Below are positions 63,743-64,000 of a stretch of DNA of 64,000 nt, piece by piece. Source of the DNA: Klebsormidium nitens (taxonomy: Eukaryota; Plantae; Klebsormidiophyceae). Under the pieces are notes generated by a model. That model saw nothing but the letters and a program-made list of their open reading frames with translations, was not told where the DNA came from and searched no databases. Within the stretch, counting starts at the first letter, position 1. Each line of letters opens with the position of its first letter. The stretch spans positions 14,673 to 78,672 of the forward strand of contig DF237380.1 of NCBI GenBank assembly GCA_000708835.1. Reading direction: 5' to 3'. A program made the position numbers and the translations under genes.

Positions 63743-64000
63743 CCTGCAAAAACCATGGGTCAAGAGACGGGTCAGGGCTGGTTATGTGACGTCTGCCCTA
63801 AAGCCTCAGCTATAAAGCGGCAATACGACCAGAGAACGAAGCGGAAACTCTGTCGCCTATGCAGCAGCCATGGAAAACCCTGGAAGCGCCCTCTTGCAGA
63901 AACCAGAGTTCTGTGTTGTATGCTGAGTTTCGCTTCCCTTCCCCTTTAGGTGCCAGCCCGCAGACCGGACTTACCCTGACTGGGTACTCGACGGGAGACT

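Overview
Eukaryotic nuclear DNA with spliceosomal GT-AG introns and GC-rich exons. The gene content and CCCTAAAA telomere-like repeats suggest a Klebsormidium-like streptophyte alga; this is inference. Left to right: (1) a minus-strand rhomboid-like gene lacking the catalytic Ser; (2) a minus-strand WSD wax ester synthase/DGAT; (3) a divergently transcribed GatA amidotransferase with a decayed group II intron RT/maturase fragment in its last intron; (4) a tandem array of five 7-exon Root_cap/VWD-like secreted-protein paralogs. The four copies with visible 5' ends have a hypervariable 9-Cys N-terminal exon followed by a GDPH motif. Two copies carry single inactivating lesions, and four share an upstream motif. 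Between copies 2 and 3 lies a 10-exon Crypton-type tyrosine recombinase gene (NDC10_II-like plus GCR1_C-like) with all catalytic residues, next to a degenerate tRNA-like sequence. Many host-gene introns contain decayed tandem copies of their own exon/intron junctions. All exon models were assembled by hand and coordinates may be off by a few bases.
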